Below are positions 1 through 13,214 of a DNA stretch of 64,000 nt, piece after piece; the stretch's first letter is position 1; every line of letters starts with the position of its first letter. This DNA is from Nemertoderma westbladi (taxonomy: Eukaryota; Animalia; Xenacoelomorpha). Position numbers and translations under genes: made by a program. The notes beneath the pieces were generated by a model. It made no database searches. It was given only the letters and a program-made list of their open reading frames with translations, and was not told the DNA's origin. The DNA lies in the NCBI GenBank assembly GCA_032718475.1, contig JAUCBJ010007725.1:62001-126000 (forward strand). Direction: 5' to 3'.

Positions 1-1179
1 AAGCTAGATTAGAAAGAGAAAGGCAGGATAAGTCAAGGATGCACTACATAGGGAATTTTATAGGTCTGTCTTATTTGCTCCCACAGTTTTATTTTATTTT
101 ATTTTTAACATTGCGTACTCCTATATATTATGCTGCTCGGTGTGAGCTCACGCTTGCTCGGGTTGGTTTAATATTTAAATTTATTTTGTTTTTGTTCTCA
201 TTATAGTAATATTTATCATTACTGCTCTGGTCTTCGGTCGAGCATTGCGCGCTGAGATTTGAGTGGTATATTATTTTATTTTTTATCTCCATTTTTTCGC
301 TATATTTATTATACTGCTCTGGTACAGGGTCGAGCATTGCGCGCCCTGTCTAGGGTGGAATAATATCTTGCAACCTTTATTTTTAACATTACATACTCCT
401 ATATATTATGCTGCTTGGTGTGAGCTCACGCTTGCTCGGGTTGGTTTAATATTTAAATTTATTTTGGTTTTGAGAGCACTCACAAAATTTCGCACGTGCA
501 GTAAATGACCATAACACTGGTCGGTATTCGAATCGAATAACTGAAAAACTTGAAAATAGACCGTGGGGAGTTATGTCATACATTATTGGGGTAGAGGACA
601 TGTTTGGAAACCTTGAAACACGCCAAAGTTATAGCTGATGATTGGAGACATATCAGAAATACAAAGTATGGTCCAGAAGCAACACCACAGGAAGTGCAAA
701 GAGCAGGATTAGAGTGTACTAAAAAGTGGACTCCACTTCATAAAGATATAAAATATGTCCAGTTGACAAAATTTTAAAAAATATATAGAGAAGATCAGAA
801 GCTAGATTAGAAGGAGAAAGGCAGGATAAGTCAAGGATGCACTACATAGGGAATTTTATAGGTCTGTCTTATTTGCTCCCACCGTTTTATTTTATTTTAT
901 TTTTAACATTGCGTACTCCTATATATTATGCTGCTCGGTGTGAGCTCACGCTTGCTCGGGTTGGTTTAATATTTAAATTTATTTTGGTTTTTTTCTCATT
1001 ATAATAATATTTATCATTACTGCTCTGGTCTTCGGTCGAGCATTGCGCGCTGAGATTTGAGTGGTATATTATTTTATTTTTTATCTTCATTTATTTCGCT
1101 ATATTTATTATACTGCGCTGGTACAGGGTCGAGCATTGCCCGCCCTGTCTAGGGTGGAATAATATCTTGCAACCTTTAT
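1..1179. repeat. Direct duplication of a ~380-bp segment (1-381 and 799-1179), plus a partial third copy at ~377-470
   Basis: aagctagattaga..ggcaggataagtcaagg...gcaacctttat recurs with ~798-bp offset and few substitutions. Confidence 0.9.
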
Positions 1180-4100
1180 CTCTATTTTTCTATTTGCTAC
1201 TCTAGCTTTCTAGGCGTGCATTAGCTCACCTGGGCTAGATAGTAATTTTATTTTATTATTCAGTTTAAAGGCGTAGCTTAAGGTGTATTTGCTACTCTAG
1301 CTTTCTAGGCGTGCATTAGCTCACCTGGGCTAAGTAGTAACTGTTTATTGTAATGTTGAGTAGGCTGAAGTAGCCAGATATACTGTATTTAAAGCGCCAT
1401 TCCTATTGCTAGTGTAACTAGCATTTTTTTGAATTTTTTTTTATTTTTTTTGCTAGTGAGACCACAAGTATGCATGTTGCTGCTTGTACTAGCAATATGG
1501 ATTTGGTTGTACAGTAGGTCTTGTTCATAGGCTGATACATACAGTAAATAACAAAAATGAAAGGCTTAGCTTAAGGTTAAGGGTATGGTGCTGCCAGTAC
1601 GAAGGCTTAGCTGAACGATTTTTACAGTTACTACAATCACAGCAACACTAATTACATATACAACTTACCACTACTTACTATAATACAGGAACGTCACATT
1701 AATTCCATTACTACATTACAGTTATAATAGTATACTATAGTACTTACAATAATAAAATATATTTTTGTTCTTATATTCGTGTTATTATTTTTTATTTTAT
1801 AAATCATGGGGACTGCTTTAGTTTTGAGTCGAGCATTGCGCGCTCTGACTAGAGTCAGGAACCATGATTCAGAACCATAGGCCTCTTATATCTCTTTTTG
1901 TTCTCATCTCCTTGTTATTTATTTTATTATAGCATTATTATTATTATATTATTTTATTTCTATATGTATATGTACATGGGTATCTGTTTTTTTTACTGTT
2001 TGTTAGTTTCCCGTTTGTTTGTTTTTATCTATTTGTCTGTTTAATGGCTAGATATTTTATCTGTTCGTATGTATGTAGGGATGTTTGTTTTTTATGTGTT
2101 TGTATCTGTATTGTACACATTTGGTGCCATAGTAATAATGAAATCAGAGAGGAACAGCTTGCATGGTATGTGTGGAATTACAAATGATTGTACTGGTTGG
2201 TATTTCCTGAAACACACTAACTACACTATTGTTGGGACAGACTCAGGGTGAAGATATGACCAAAGTGTAAGATGGAATAAAGGTAAGATAACTACTCAGT
2301 AACTACTCATATGATCATACATAATATAGATTACTCTGATATGGAACAGTCGGTATGTATGTATATATGTTGTATAAAAAATACTGATGTATCTGCAGCA
2401 GTTACATATCAACCAGTACTATCATCATCTTATCGGACAATAGAGAAAATATGACTAATATGCATTATATAATATAAACATTATTATGTAATATATAAAT
2501 TTATAAAAATTATAAAATATTTAAATAAAAATATATAAAAAATATAAAATATCTGAAAAAATATAAAAATATAAAAATATCTCAATATAAAAATTTAAAA
2601 AATACAAGTTGAGATAATGAAAAAAATATATAAAATAGCAGTGCAAATAAAGAAAAATATAAATAAATTGTAGTTTAAATACCAAAAAAAAATTTAAAAA
2701 AAAATATATAAAACACATGTTGAAATACAAAAAAATATAATAATTATTTTTAAATACAAAAAAATATAAATAATCACAAAATATTATACTAATGTGATTC
2801 TACCATACTTCAATCTTCTCATTATCCCTGTGATAGCTAAACTTGACTATATTGCTTTACTCGAGCTATTCTTTAGAATTATATGTGTGTGTATATTATA
2901 TTATATTATATGTTATATATGTAGGAGTTTTTTTGTATATGTTCTATATTTTGTATATTATGAACGGTGTGCGGTTTTCTGTAAATGGTATAGGGGCCTA
3001 AATGCGGGCAGTTATCTGACATCAACTGGGCAACCTTCTTTATTGGGGCTCTGTTAACCCAGGAAGTTGTTGATATAGTGCCATATTTATGGATTGCAAT
3101 ATTAACCTGACTGTTACCTCCCACAAACTGGGCAACCTTCTTAATTGGGGCTCTGTTAACCCAGGAAGTGATGTGTTGTATGTATTGTATGATTGTGCAT
3201 TGTGTTTGTATATATATTATTCCTAAATACAAAAAAATGAAAAAAATTCCACAAAATACCAAAAAAATAACAAAAAAGTATTATGCAAAAAAAATATTAT
3301 CTAAACACAAAAAATTCAGAAATGTTTATATACATATGTAATTAATTATTGCTTCATGTTTATATTATATATACATATTATTATAACCCTTTCAGTATTT
3401 TCTCTATTGTCCAATAAGTTATTGTTAATACTGGTTGATTATTTGATAGTGCAGTAACCTACCATCAGTATTTTTTGTATTACATATATACATACATACC
3501 GATTGTTCAAGTGGAGTTACTATATTATGTATGATTATGTGAGTTCTTACATACTCAATAGTTATCTAACATTTATTCCACCATATACTTTGGCCTTGTC
3601 TTCATTCTGAGCAGTTCCCAATAATGGTATAGTTATTGTGTTACAGGACATACCAACCAAGACAGTCACTTGTCTTTCTTTATATATCATTCAAGCTTTT
3701 CCTCTCGGATGTCATTATTACTCCACCAAATGTGTGTTTGTTTGTCTGTATGTCTGTCTGTCTATTTTTATGTCTGTTAGTCACTCTGTTCTATGTATGT
3801 CTGTATCTGTTATGTATTCTTTGTCTGATGGGCTGTCTTTCTATGTGTTTTTATGTCTGTTAGGATGTCTGCTCTATATCAGTCTGCTTGTGTCTGTCTC
3901 TCCTTATATTTATGTGTGTATATTAGTCTGCTTATGTTTGTGCTTATGTATATGTCAGTTTGTTTAATTTCATGTCTGTTTGTCAGTTTTTTCTATATAT
4001 GTTTGTATCTGTTTGCTAATGTCTTATGTATTGTTTATTAGTGTGGATGTTCTTCTGTTATTCAGTTTTGAGATCTGTCTGTCCATTTGTATGTATATCT

Positions 4101-4560
4101 GTTGGTATATGTATTTGTTGTATGTATTACTACCTGTCTGTTTTTGAGTTACTCAGTCTGTTCTATATCTGTCCTGTATATAAGTATGATGTCTGTCTCT
4201 ATGTTTGTCTCTCTGTCAGTAAGGTATTTGTTTTATATTGGGTGTATATATATATATTTTTTTATATTTTCCTTTAGTCTAGACCACGTCACTGCTACAC
4301 CATTTACATTATATAACATTACACCATAGAGCATCACATACATGCTATTACTACATACTATAGTAGGCATATTTACAATAGTAAAATCTATTTTACTGTT
4401 ATTTTAATGTTCTTATTTTCTTAATATAATATTTACAATTGCGCTTTGCTTATTATTTGTTATTATTTTCTTGTTATTATTTTATTTTCTAAATCATGGG
4501 GACTGCTCTAGTTTTGAGTCGAGCATTGCGCGCTCTGACTAGACCCAGGAACCATGTTTC
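130..4560 (+). ncRNA. Candidate structured non-coding RNA region: array of 35-70-nt hairpins plus a long imperfect inverted repeat
   Basis: Hairpins at ~132-167, 219-268, 312-360, 410-445, 930-965, 1017-1066, 1110-1158, 1194-1244, 1289-1341, 1802-1869, 4492-4559; recurring loop TCGAGCATTGCGCG; stems need G.U pairs on + strand. Confidence 0.35.
2115..3735. repeat. Diverged long inverted repeat (arms ~2115-2455 and ~3393-3735) with a central 45-bp direct repeat (~3022-3067, ~3125-3169)
   Basis: e.g. cggacaatagagaaaata vs tattttctctattgtcca; gagaggaacagcttg vs caagcttttcctctc; caactgggcaaccttc..ggggctctgttaacccaggaagt twice. Confidence 0.8.
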
Positions 4561-5247
4561 AGTACCATATACCTCATGTATCTCTTTTTTGTTTTTTCAT
4601 CTTCTATTTCTCTCATATTTTATTTTTTTCTTTTCATCTTCTATTCTGTTACTTAATTTTATTATAACATTGATATTATTATATATTTTATTTATTATTT
4701 TATTATATATATTTTGTCTTATCATTTGTATACTAATAAACATAGTTAGTTACCTAACATACTAATATAGTTTCAGTTTTACGTTTACTAACTTGCTTGA
4801 ACTCATCTCTTATTGAGGTGATAATTATGTTTATTTACTTAATATATTTTACAATAGAATTACTACAAAAAAAAGATAAAATTACGTAGTTTAATTAAAT
4901 ACAAAATTACATTAGAATTTATTTATATATATATTTCTGTATGGTAGGAAATCCACTATCATTTGTAATATTGAATTAATTTAATGCAACTGATACCAGT
5001 CTAAAGTCTGTATAAAAGGATGATAGCTACCAAAGTAATAAATTAATGCACTATTTAATTTATTTTTCAGATCAACCAAGATATGCTAGAATGCAGAATT
5101 ACCCTCAAGATTCCTAGTTGATAATAGAGGATACTGATGACATGCACTCAGCCACAGACAGATTAACGGAATCAATCTAAGCTCTTAACCGAAATTACAT
5201 TGACTAAACTCAAATCACTCCATGGACTGGAAATATTCAAACTTAAA

Positions 5248-5372
5248 ATATTTAATTTAGTGGTGAACTCCTATGCTGTATTTGAATATTTAATTTAGTG
5301 GTGATCTCCTATGCTGTATTTGAATATTTAATTTAGTGGTGAACTCCAATTCTGTATTTGAATATTTAATTT
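5248..5372. repeat. 38-bp tandem repeat, ~3 copies
   Basis: aatatttaatttagtggtgaactcctatgctgtatttg repeated. Confidence 0.85.
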
Positions 5373-5784
5373 CTACCATACATATTAAATATATATATAT
5401 GGATTTGGTGTGCAAATTTACAGAGTTATATAATCATCTTTTGTATTGAGAGATATCTAATAAACAATATTTGTTATCAAATTCATAAATTTATTATTTG
5501 CATATGCCCCTTTCTGTCCCTTTATATTTACTATAAATAGCACATTGAAAGAAGGCCATTTGGAAAAAGTAAACATGATTTCATTGAACATTAATTGGAA
5601 TTATGTAGACGATACTTGAGGCCGAAGCCTATTACATAGTCATATTACATATACATATTCAAAATTCCAGGATTTATAGACTGAGATAGATTTCCAAATG
5701 CGGCTGTGGTAAAAGACTCTAAATTGAATAGTTTGTTGTTGTTGTCGATAATCGATTAGCATATGACGTAAACAAACATTTTAT

Positions 5785-7262
5785 AGCCAAAAACAATTAC
5801 CAATTGATGGAAAGGAGCAGGTTAGAAAGTCCGGATTTTCTAATCAAAACAATAAATAGTCACTTTTCCAAATGAGGGAAAGGGGCAGGTTACAGATGCG
5901 GACATTTCTAACCAAAACAATAAACGGCCACTTTACCAATTGAGGGAAAGGAGCAGGTTACAGAGGCGGGATTTTCTAACCAAACAATAAACGATCACTT
6001 AACTAATGGAGGGAAAGGAGCAGGTTACAGAGGCTGGATTTTCTAACCAAAACAATAAACAGTCACTTTACCAGATCAGGGAAAGGAGCAGGTTACAGAG
6101 ACGGGATTTTCTAACCAAAACAATAAACAACGATCACTTAAGTAATTGAGGGAAAGGAGCAGGTTACAGAGGCGGGATTTTCTAACCAAAACAATGAACA
6201 GTCACTTTACCAAATAAAGGAAAGGAGCAGGTTACATAGATGGTATTTTCTAACCAAAACAATAAATGGTAACATTACCAATTGAGGAAAAGGAGCAGGT
6301 TACAGAGGCGGGCTTTTCTAACCAAAACAATAAACGATGACTTGACTAATTGAGGGAAAGGAGCAGGTTACAGAGGCGGGCTTTTTTAACCAAAACAATA
6401 AACGATCACTTTAACTAATTGAAGGAATGGAGCAGGTTACAGAGGCGTGAGTTTCTAACCAAAACAATAAACGATCACTTTAACTAATTGAGGGAAAGGA
6501 GCAGGTTACAGAGGCGGGAGTTTCTAACCAAAACAATAAACGATCACTTGACTAATTGAGGGAAAGGAGCAGGTTACAGAGGCGGGCTTTTCTAACCAAA
6601 ACAATAAACGATCACTTTAACTAATTGAAGGAAAGGAGCAGGTTACAGAGGCGTGAGTTTCTAACCAAAACAATAAACGATCACTTTAACTAATTGAGGG
6701 AAAGGAGCAGGATACAGAGGCGGGAGTTTTTAACCAAAACAATAAACGATCACTTGACTAATTGAGGGAAAGGAGCAGGTTACAGAGGCGGGCTTTTTTA
6801 ACCAAAACAATAAACGATCACTTTAACTAATTGAAGGAATGGAGCAGGTTACAGAGGCGTGAGTTTCTAACCAAAACAATAAACGATCACTTTAACTAAT
6901 TGAGGGAAAGGAGCAGGTTACAGAGGCGGGCTTTTCTAACCAAAACAATAAACGGTCACTTTAACTAATTGAAGGAAAGGAGCAGGTTACAGAGGCGGGA
7001 TTTTCTAACCAAAACAATAAACGATCACTTGACTAATTGAGGGAAAGGAGCAGGTTACAGAGGCGGGATTTTCTAACCAAAACAATAAACGATCACTTAA
7101 CTAAATGAGGGAAAGGAGCAGGTTACAGAGGCAGGATTTCCTAACCAAAACAATAAACGATCACTTAACTAATTGAGGGAAAGGAGCAGGTTACAGAGAC
7201 CGTTCTTTCTAACCAAAACAACAAACGATACCAATTTACCAATTGAGGAAAAGGAGCATTTT
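5785..7262. repeat. Tandem satellite/minisatellite, ~68-bp unit, ~21 copies
   Basis: Unit gagggaaaggagcaggttacagaggcgggattttctaaccaaaacaataaacgatcacttaactaatt; edge copies more diverged. Confidence 0.95.
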
Positions 7263-8039
7263 ATGGCGGCATTTTTTACATTATGTACAGTTGTATATAT
7301 CCTTTATTGGGACAACCCCTTTGCACTGATCTGTTAGTTTAGAACTACATTATATTGTACCACTACAGCTACCCATAACATTACTGTTGTCATGATCCAT
7401 TTTAAATGCATTATCCAGATAGTATCAATTATCTAAAACTTATCAATTATTTAAAAGGTAGCGCGGTCAGCCGGTACTAAAATTATGAAATAAGTTTATT
7501 AATTACCATCATTCTCTCATTTACAACTGTTTAGGCTACATATCAGACAGAGTACTGGTATCAGTATCTATTGTACAGGAGCTGAGTAGTATAATGCTAT
7601 ATAATTATTTCTAAGGCATAGGCTTTATATCTACATACAATTCCGCAATAATACTGCAAAAAACTGCCCTATATACTAATACCGGTACTGATAGCCTAAG
7701 AGAACAGCAGTAGAGAAACCGGTATCATGGAACCTAACGGTAGATTTCTGGTGGACATAACAAGTAAAAAAAGGACATTATGTGTGATTTAAACGGACAA
7801 GAAAAATTATTGCGATCAATAATTATGGTTAAATATATTGATGGGCCCTCATTTACTATTTATAATGAAATCTAGGGCCAAACCTGAATAATATAGATAG
7901 AAATAATGATGTAGATATTAATGATTTTCAATGAGGAACACGCTGGTTTTTAAATTTCCAAAAAAGACCCAGTAGATCAGGAGATATAGAAATTTTTGGA
8001 ATGTTCGGAATTTAGCCCGCAAAGACTACTAATGTTGTT

Positions 8040-10100
8040 CAAAGTATCGCGCTTACAATCACAAGTCTGATAATTAGCGAAATATATGAAATATTTTAAA
8101 TCGCGATTTTAACCATGAAAAATTCACTTAATTGAAAAAGTTTAAAAGTCAAAAATGTTTAGAATCATCGATAATAGGGGGGTAGGCGAAATCTCAAAAT
8201 CCAAAAATGGCGGCAAATTTTAATTAATTTTTTTGCATGCACTTTGGGCCCTTATAACTCCCGAACCATTGGTCCAAATAAAAAACCGATTTCAGATTCG
8301 GGATCAGCATGCTCTAGTTAGGTAAGAAAAATGTTTTGAAAAAATTTCGACAAGATTTGGTGTTTGACAAAAAATTAAAAAAATTAAATTATTATTCTAG
8401 AACTTTAACGACCTATAAAACCAGTCCGGTTTGACGAAACGTAAAACTGACTCGATATTCGGTGCCAGCGACCTCGAATTAACTAAATAAAAAGCCAATT
8501 TCGGGGTGATTTAGTGTTTACGAAAAAAATTTTTAATTACGTCAAAATTCTAGAACTTTCGGCCCCTATAAAATTCGAACCGTAGGTCGAAATGCAAAAC
8601 TGACTCGAAATTCGGAATCAGCGACCCCAAATTAACTTAAAAAAAAAATATCGACCGATTCTGAGAAAAAAAAAATTTGAGCTCTGAAAATCGGAAAAAA
8701 CCGCAAGCTCCGCGTGCATCGAAATTTTCAAAAAAAAAAATCCGAAAATTTTTTGTCTCCGATTTCGATGAAATTTGGTATGCTGGTACCGATTGTAATT
8801 ATAAGGTTATCTTTTGAAGGAATTTTGAAATAAATCATTAGGGGCCGAGCTACGGCACTTTGAACTTTGATTTGAGGGCCCCCACGGACCCGAAATTTGG
8901 GACCTTAAAAATTCGTTTTTTATAAAAACAATGTTAAGCGATTTTGTAGAGAATGAAAAGTTATTCCGACCGTTTCTAGTCTCAAGGTCAGGGGATTTGC
9001 GGTTCTCGAGATATTGCGCATTGAATATCGGATGTTTTTGCGAGTCGCAAATATTCGGCCCCACTTTTCGGGCGGAAGACTCGCTCGAAACAAAAAATTA
9101 CCCAAATCCAAAAAGTTACTACCCCCTTCGATCTGTCTATTAAAAAAAGTTTCGAGATCGTAGCCCCGATAATAAAAAAAGTAGCGTGGAATGCCGTTTT
9201 CGCATTTTTGCGCATTTGCGATATTTGCGGATTTTGGGGCTTCGTATATCGCAACTTCCCGACGACTTTGGAAGAAAGTGGTTAATATTTCTTGTAGAGC
9301 TATCTTTCCTCTATCCAACAACGAAAGAATCGTATCCGTAGGCGAACGCGCGGCCGAGCTATAGGCGTTTCCGTACAGTGACTCTTGTCGCACGAACATG
9401 CAAAATATGCATTTTGCGTAAATGCGGGAAAACGGACGGTACGACCCCGATTTTTTTTTGATGAATTCGAAGCTCGTCGACATTAGAAACTTTCTGACGA
9501 GGGAAATTTCGATTGAAAGTTTTTAAGTTGGTCAACCAAGCCGAGGAAAAAATTGAAAATTTTTTTATCGCATATCGCACCCGCATTTGCGTGCGTATCG
9601 CGCTTACGAGGTCGAAATTAAAAAATCGAAAACAATCTTCCTTCTTAGAATTTTCTCCTCTATCTTTCGTAGTTTCACCATTTTTGCGTAGCATGTCCCC
9701 TTATATGGTCTAGCCAGCTGGAGACGTAAATTCCTACAAGTTGGGCCTTCTCGGTTGGTGAGGCGACGCCGAATTTTGTTGAGAAGGCGTCGCAGGGTTA
9801 GGGGGGACGGGACTCAGCGACATTCAACGAGCTTTGGAAACTCTTCAAAAGTAATCTTATGGAATTTTGTTAAACATTACCATTTTTTCTAATTAGACAA
9901 TTTTAATTAAAAATATGATAATTAATTAATTAAAATAAAATTGGCTAATTAAAAATTATATAAGATAACTTTTGTAGAGTCGATCACGCTGAGTACAAAA
10001 AAGTAGGTTGCAACAAATTTGGACCAAAATTGGGGGATTAGTGGAAATTTTAGTGAAATCTTTAATTCCGCCGCCACCCGCTAGGGGGGGGGGGCTATAC
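8040..10100. mobile_element. Probable non-autonomous DNA transposon-type interspersed repeat, unclassified
   Basis: CpG-rich relative to flanks, internal sub-repeats (aaaactgactcga..ttcgg...cagcgacc), no credible ORF; termini not resolved. Confidence 0.35.
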
Positions 10101-10329
10101 ATTTTCAAATTTTACTATAAAGGCTATTTGGCCTTCCATACAGTGGCTGACCATGACAAAATAGCAATATTATAATTTAACACTAATTGACAACCATTTA
10201 AAAAAAAAGGTTCATGGGGGGTATACCCCCCCCCCCCCCCCTCCCCCTTAAACAAATGAAATAATTCAAATAAAACCAGGATTATATTTATTACGAATGC
10301 AGCCTATTACAGCGGTACTATTAAATATT

Positions 10330-10485
10330 AGGTATTACTATTAAACGCCGGGGCGTTTATTCGGGGACAGGCGTTTAGTTGCTAATTTGATGGTGAGGGG
10401 GGGCGTTTATTCGGGGAAGGCGTTTAAGTTGCTAATTTGATGGTAAGGGGGGGGGGGGGGGGGGCGTTTATTCGAGTAAATACGG
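10330..10485. mobile_element. Small Tc1/pogo-like MITE
   Basis: Right end ggcgtttattcgagtaaatacgg followed by TA; degenerate left TIR gtattactattaaacgcc; internal ggcgttta repeats. Confidence 0.55.
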
Positions 10486-11382
10486 TACATCTATGAGCAA
10501 GACAAATAAGACAGCTTGCTTATTATTTACCACGCAAAATGATTAGATGAGTATTTAATCCTGATTCTTTATATAGAATTAATAATTCTTAGCTAAATAA
10601 TTTCGTTGGGGGTGTTGACGTTGTAAATTAATATTTCAGTATCAATACTATCGGCATAAGTTAAGTTTTAATTTGTCTTATAAATTGGGTCGCCTCCACG
10701 CCTAAAATATTTAATTGGTATCTCATAACTGAATCTCGTGCTGCGCGAAGTCCTCACGAACGTTTTGTTATTCACCAACAAAATTACAATTCATTGCAAC
10801 AAAATACAATACCGGGTTCGACGTATTCTTTGAAAACACTAAGACAGCATAGCAATTAATTAATATGACTCATTAGCAGCATGCAATATGCCTAACTAAC
10901 AACTTCACCACTTAATTAGTAATATTTCCAGCTGTTTTTGTATAAAGTATTATCATCAGTGCTGTCTGGATCCTGTTGGACACGGGATATATGAAAATAA
11001 TAGCAGTTTCAACAGATTTATATTATATTTCTATTTTATTTGTTTATTTAATTAAACTTTAGCTCATTAATATAATGTTATAAATATACCAAGTTCTTCT
11101 GACACCGCAGTTTGTAAATTAAATTATAATTCATAGGTTTTTAATTAAATATAAATTAATTATTGTTGACTAATTAATTCTAAAGTCTGTAGGATTAAAA
11201 AGAAGCACAATGAGCCAACCGGGGTGTTGGTAAATAAACAAATCGTGTACATCTGGTATAACAAAATTATTCTATACATTTATAACAACGGGGTATAAAA
11301 CCCCTAAAACCGAATAGTTCGGTTGTTAGGTGTTCTTGTTCTTAATTTAGCATTTTGGCTAGAAAATTTATATTTGGAAGAG

Positions 11383-12902
11383 GCGGGGGGGGGGGGGGGG
11401 TCACTAATTTCGAAAAAGGTCGATTTTTCAATGACAACCCCCCCCCCCCCCCCGCCCCAGTGCAGATTTTTATGAGGATTTCAAAACTTCAAACCGTTTG
11501 TTAATAGCTAATGTAAGTTCAAAAGTTATGAGTGATAATGTTAACCTTACTCTGTGTAAGTGTCTGTGAAAAGTGTCTGTCTGGGATTGTGTTTCTGCAC
11601 GGTTTGTCTGTCAAAATATAAAAAAGGCTATTCTTTCTAGGTAAAAGTTATGTTATGGGGTTTTCCTGGTCGCTGATTTCATTCCAAACGTCAGTTTTCA
11701 CTTTTAACGAAAACTATTATGTATCTATGTCTGTCTGTCAGTCCTGTCTGTCCGTCCGACAATCTGTCTGTCAAATTATAAGGACATGATACCATCATAG
11801 CTAAACTTTTTGTTGTGGTTTTCCTGGTCGCTGATTTCATTTCCGATGTCAGTTTTAATATTTAGAGAAGTCTATTATGTCTGTCTGTCGTCTGTCTGTA
11901 TGTCTCGTCTGTCAAAATTTAAGGAAAGCACTTCCAACTAGCTAAAAGTTTTGTTATGGAGGTTTATCCTGGTTGCTGATTTCATTTCCGACGTCAGTTT
12001 TCACTTTTAACAAAACCTACATATGTCTGTCTGTCGGTTTTTCTGTCTGTCCAGCGATCTGTCTGTCAAAAGTAATAGGAAAGCATACCAACCAGCTAAA
12101 ATTTAGTTATAGGGTTTTATGGTTGTTGATTTCATTTCCGATGTCAGTTTTCATGTATTACGCATCCACGTTGTCTGTTCAGTTGTCGGTCATATTTTGA
12201 CGGACAGACCGACAGCAATTCAGACAGACAATGACGCAGTCAAATGAGAAAACTGACTTCAGAAAAGAAATCAACGACCCGGAAAACCCTTACAACAAAA
12301 CTTTCAGCTGGGTTGTGTGCATTCTAACATTTGAATTAATTAAATTACTTTAAATATGCGTTTTGTGAAAAATGCAGCAAATTTTAAATTTCAAAATACA
12401 AAGGCTTTTCCAAAAATGAACGAATTCGCGTGAAATTTGGCACGAACGATGCTGGGTGACGCTTAATACCTCCTAACACCATTTTTTTAATTTTGTTTGT
12501 GGTTGCTGAAATCTAGGCCATAAAGTGTCAAATGTAAGTCAAAAAATGGCAAAATATGTCAAAAATGTGGCAAAACAAGAAAAACAGTTTTTAGTCCATC
12601 AATTTTTGAACGAACATTTATCAAAATTCTGGTAACAACAGGGTCGTTTCAGAATGTCATTGTGCACAAATGTTGAAATGAAACGAAATGATAAGAGCCT
12701 TCGCATTTTAATAAATAATTGCATAAATTATGCAATTTTAATTAGGTTAAAAATTAAAAATTTTTAATTTTTTTTAAAACTTTTAATCCCCCATTGTATA
12801 CAAAGTGTGCAAAACATCAATTAATTAGGATACAATCCAGTCTCCTAAATAATGGGATGACAATGTTAATTAGTGACCCACCCCCCCCCCCCCCCCCCCC
12901 CC
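11383..12902. mobile_element. Non-autonomous TIR element, possibly Kolobok-like, with internal ~155-bp tandem repeats
   Basis: (G)n-GGGTCACTAATT at ~11385-11409 inverted with AATTAGTGACCC-(C)n ending in TTAA at 12903-12906; four ggttttcctggtcgctgatttcatttcc units (11650-12150) and an inverted copy (~12200-12310). Confidence 0.45.
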
Positions 12903-13214
12903 TTAAGTTTCGCACAACAAATAATCAGATACATCCGCGTGAGAATCTCCACATACAGAGCTGATAACACCCAGAATATTACACGAGGATATAATTATCT
13001 TATAAAACAACAAGTAATTCACATTATTCCTACAGTCAATAACGACATCCAGTTTTACATTAATATTTACAATTGAGTTATTTTATTGTATTGTTTTACA
13101 CTTAATCCACAAACTCCCTGGAATATTTAATGAAGTCCAGTTTAATTATTATTGTAACAATTCGAAGAGAATATCGATTGTTTATGGGACGGGAGAGGCA
13201 CATTCAGTTATAGT

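Noticed and set aside
540-800. Purine-rich coding-like fragment
   Set aside because: Interrupted by stops and not assignable to any family by eye
130-1870. Hammerhead ribozymes or retrozymes
   Set aside because: No CUGANGA...GAAA core in a three-way junction seen in the hairpins
2521-4765. Hydrophobic or Cys-rich short ORFs
   Set aside because: Products of T-rich and (TGTC)-rich low-complexity sequence
5785-7262. CRISPR-like regular array
   Set aside because: Whole units repeat with no unique spacers; eukaryotic context, no cas genes
8807-9713. ORFs of up to 187 aa in the CpG-rich repeat
   Set aside because: No recognisable domain; overlapping on both strands in repeat-like DNA
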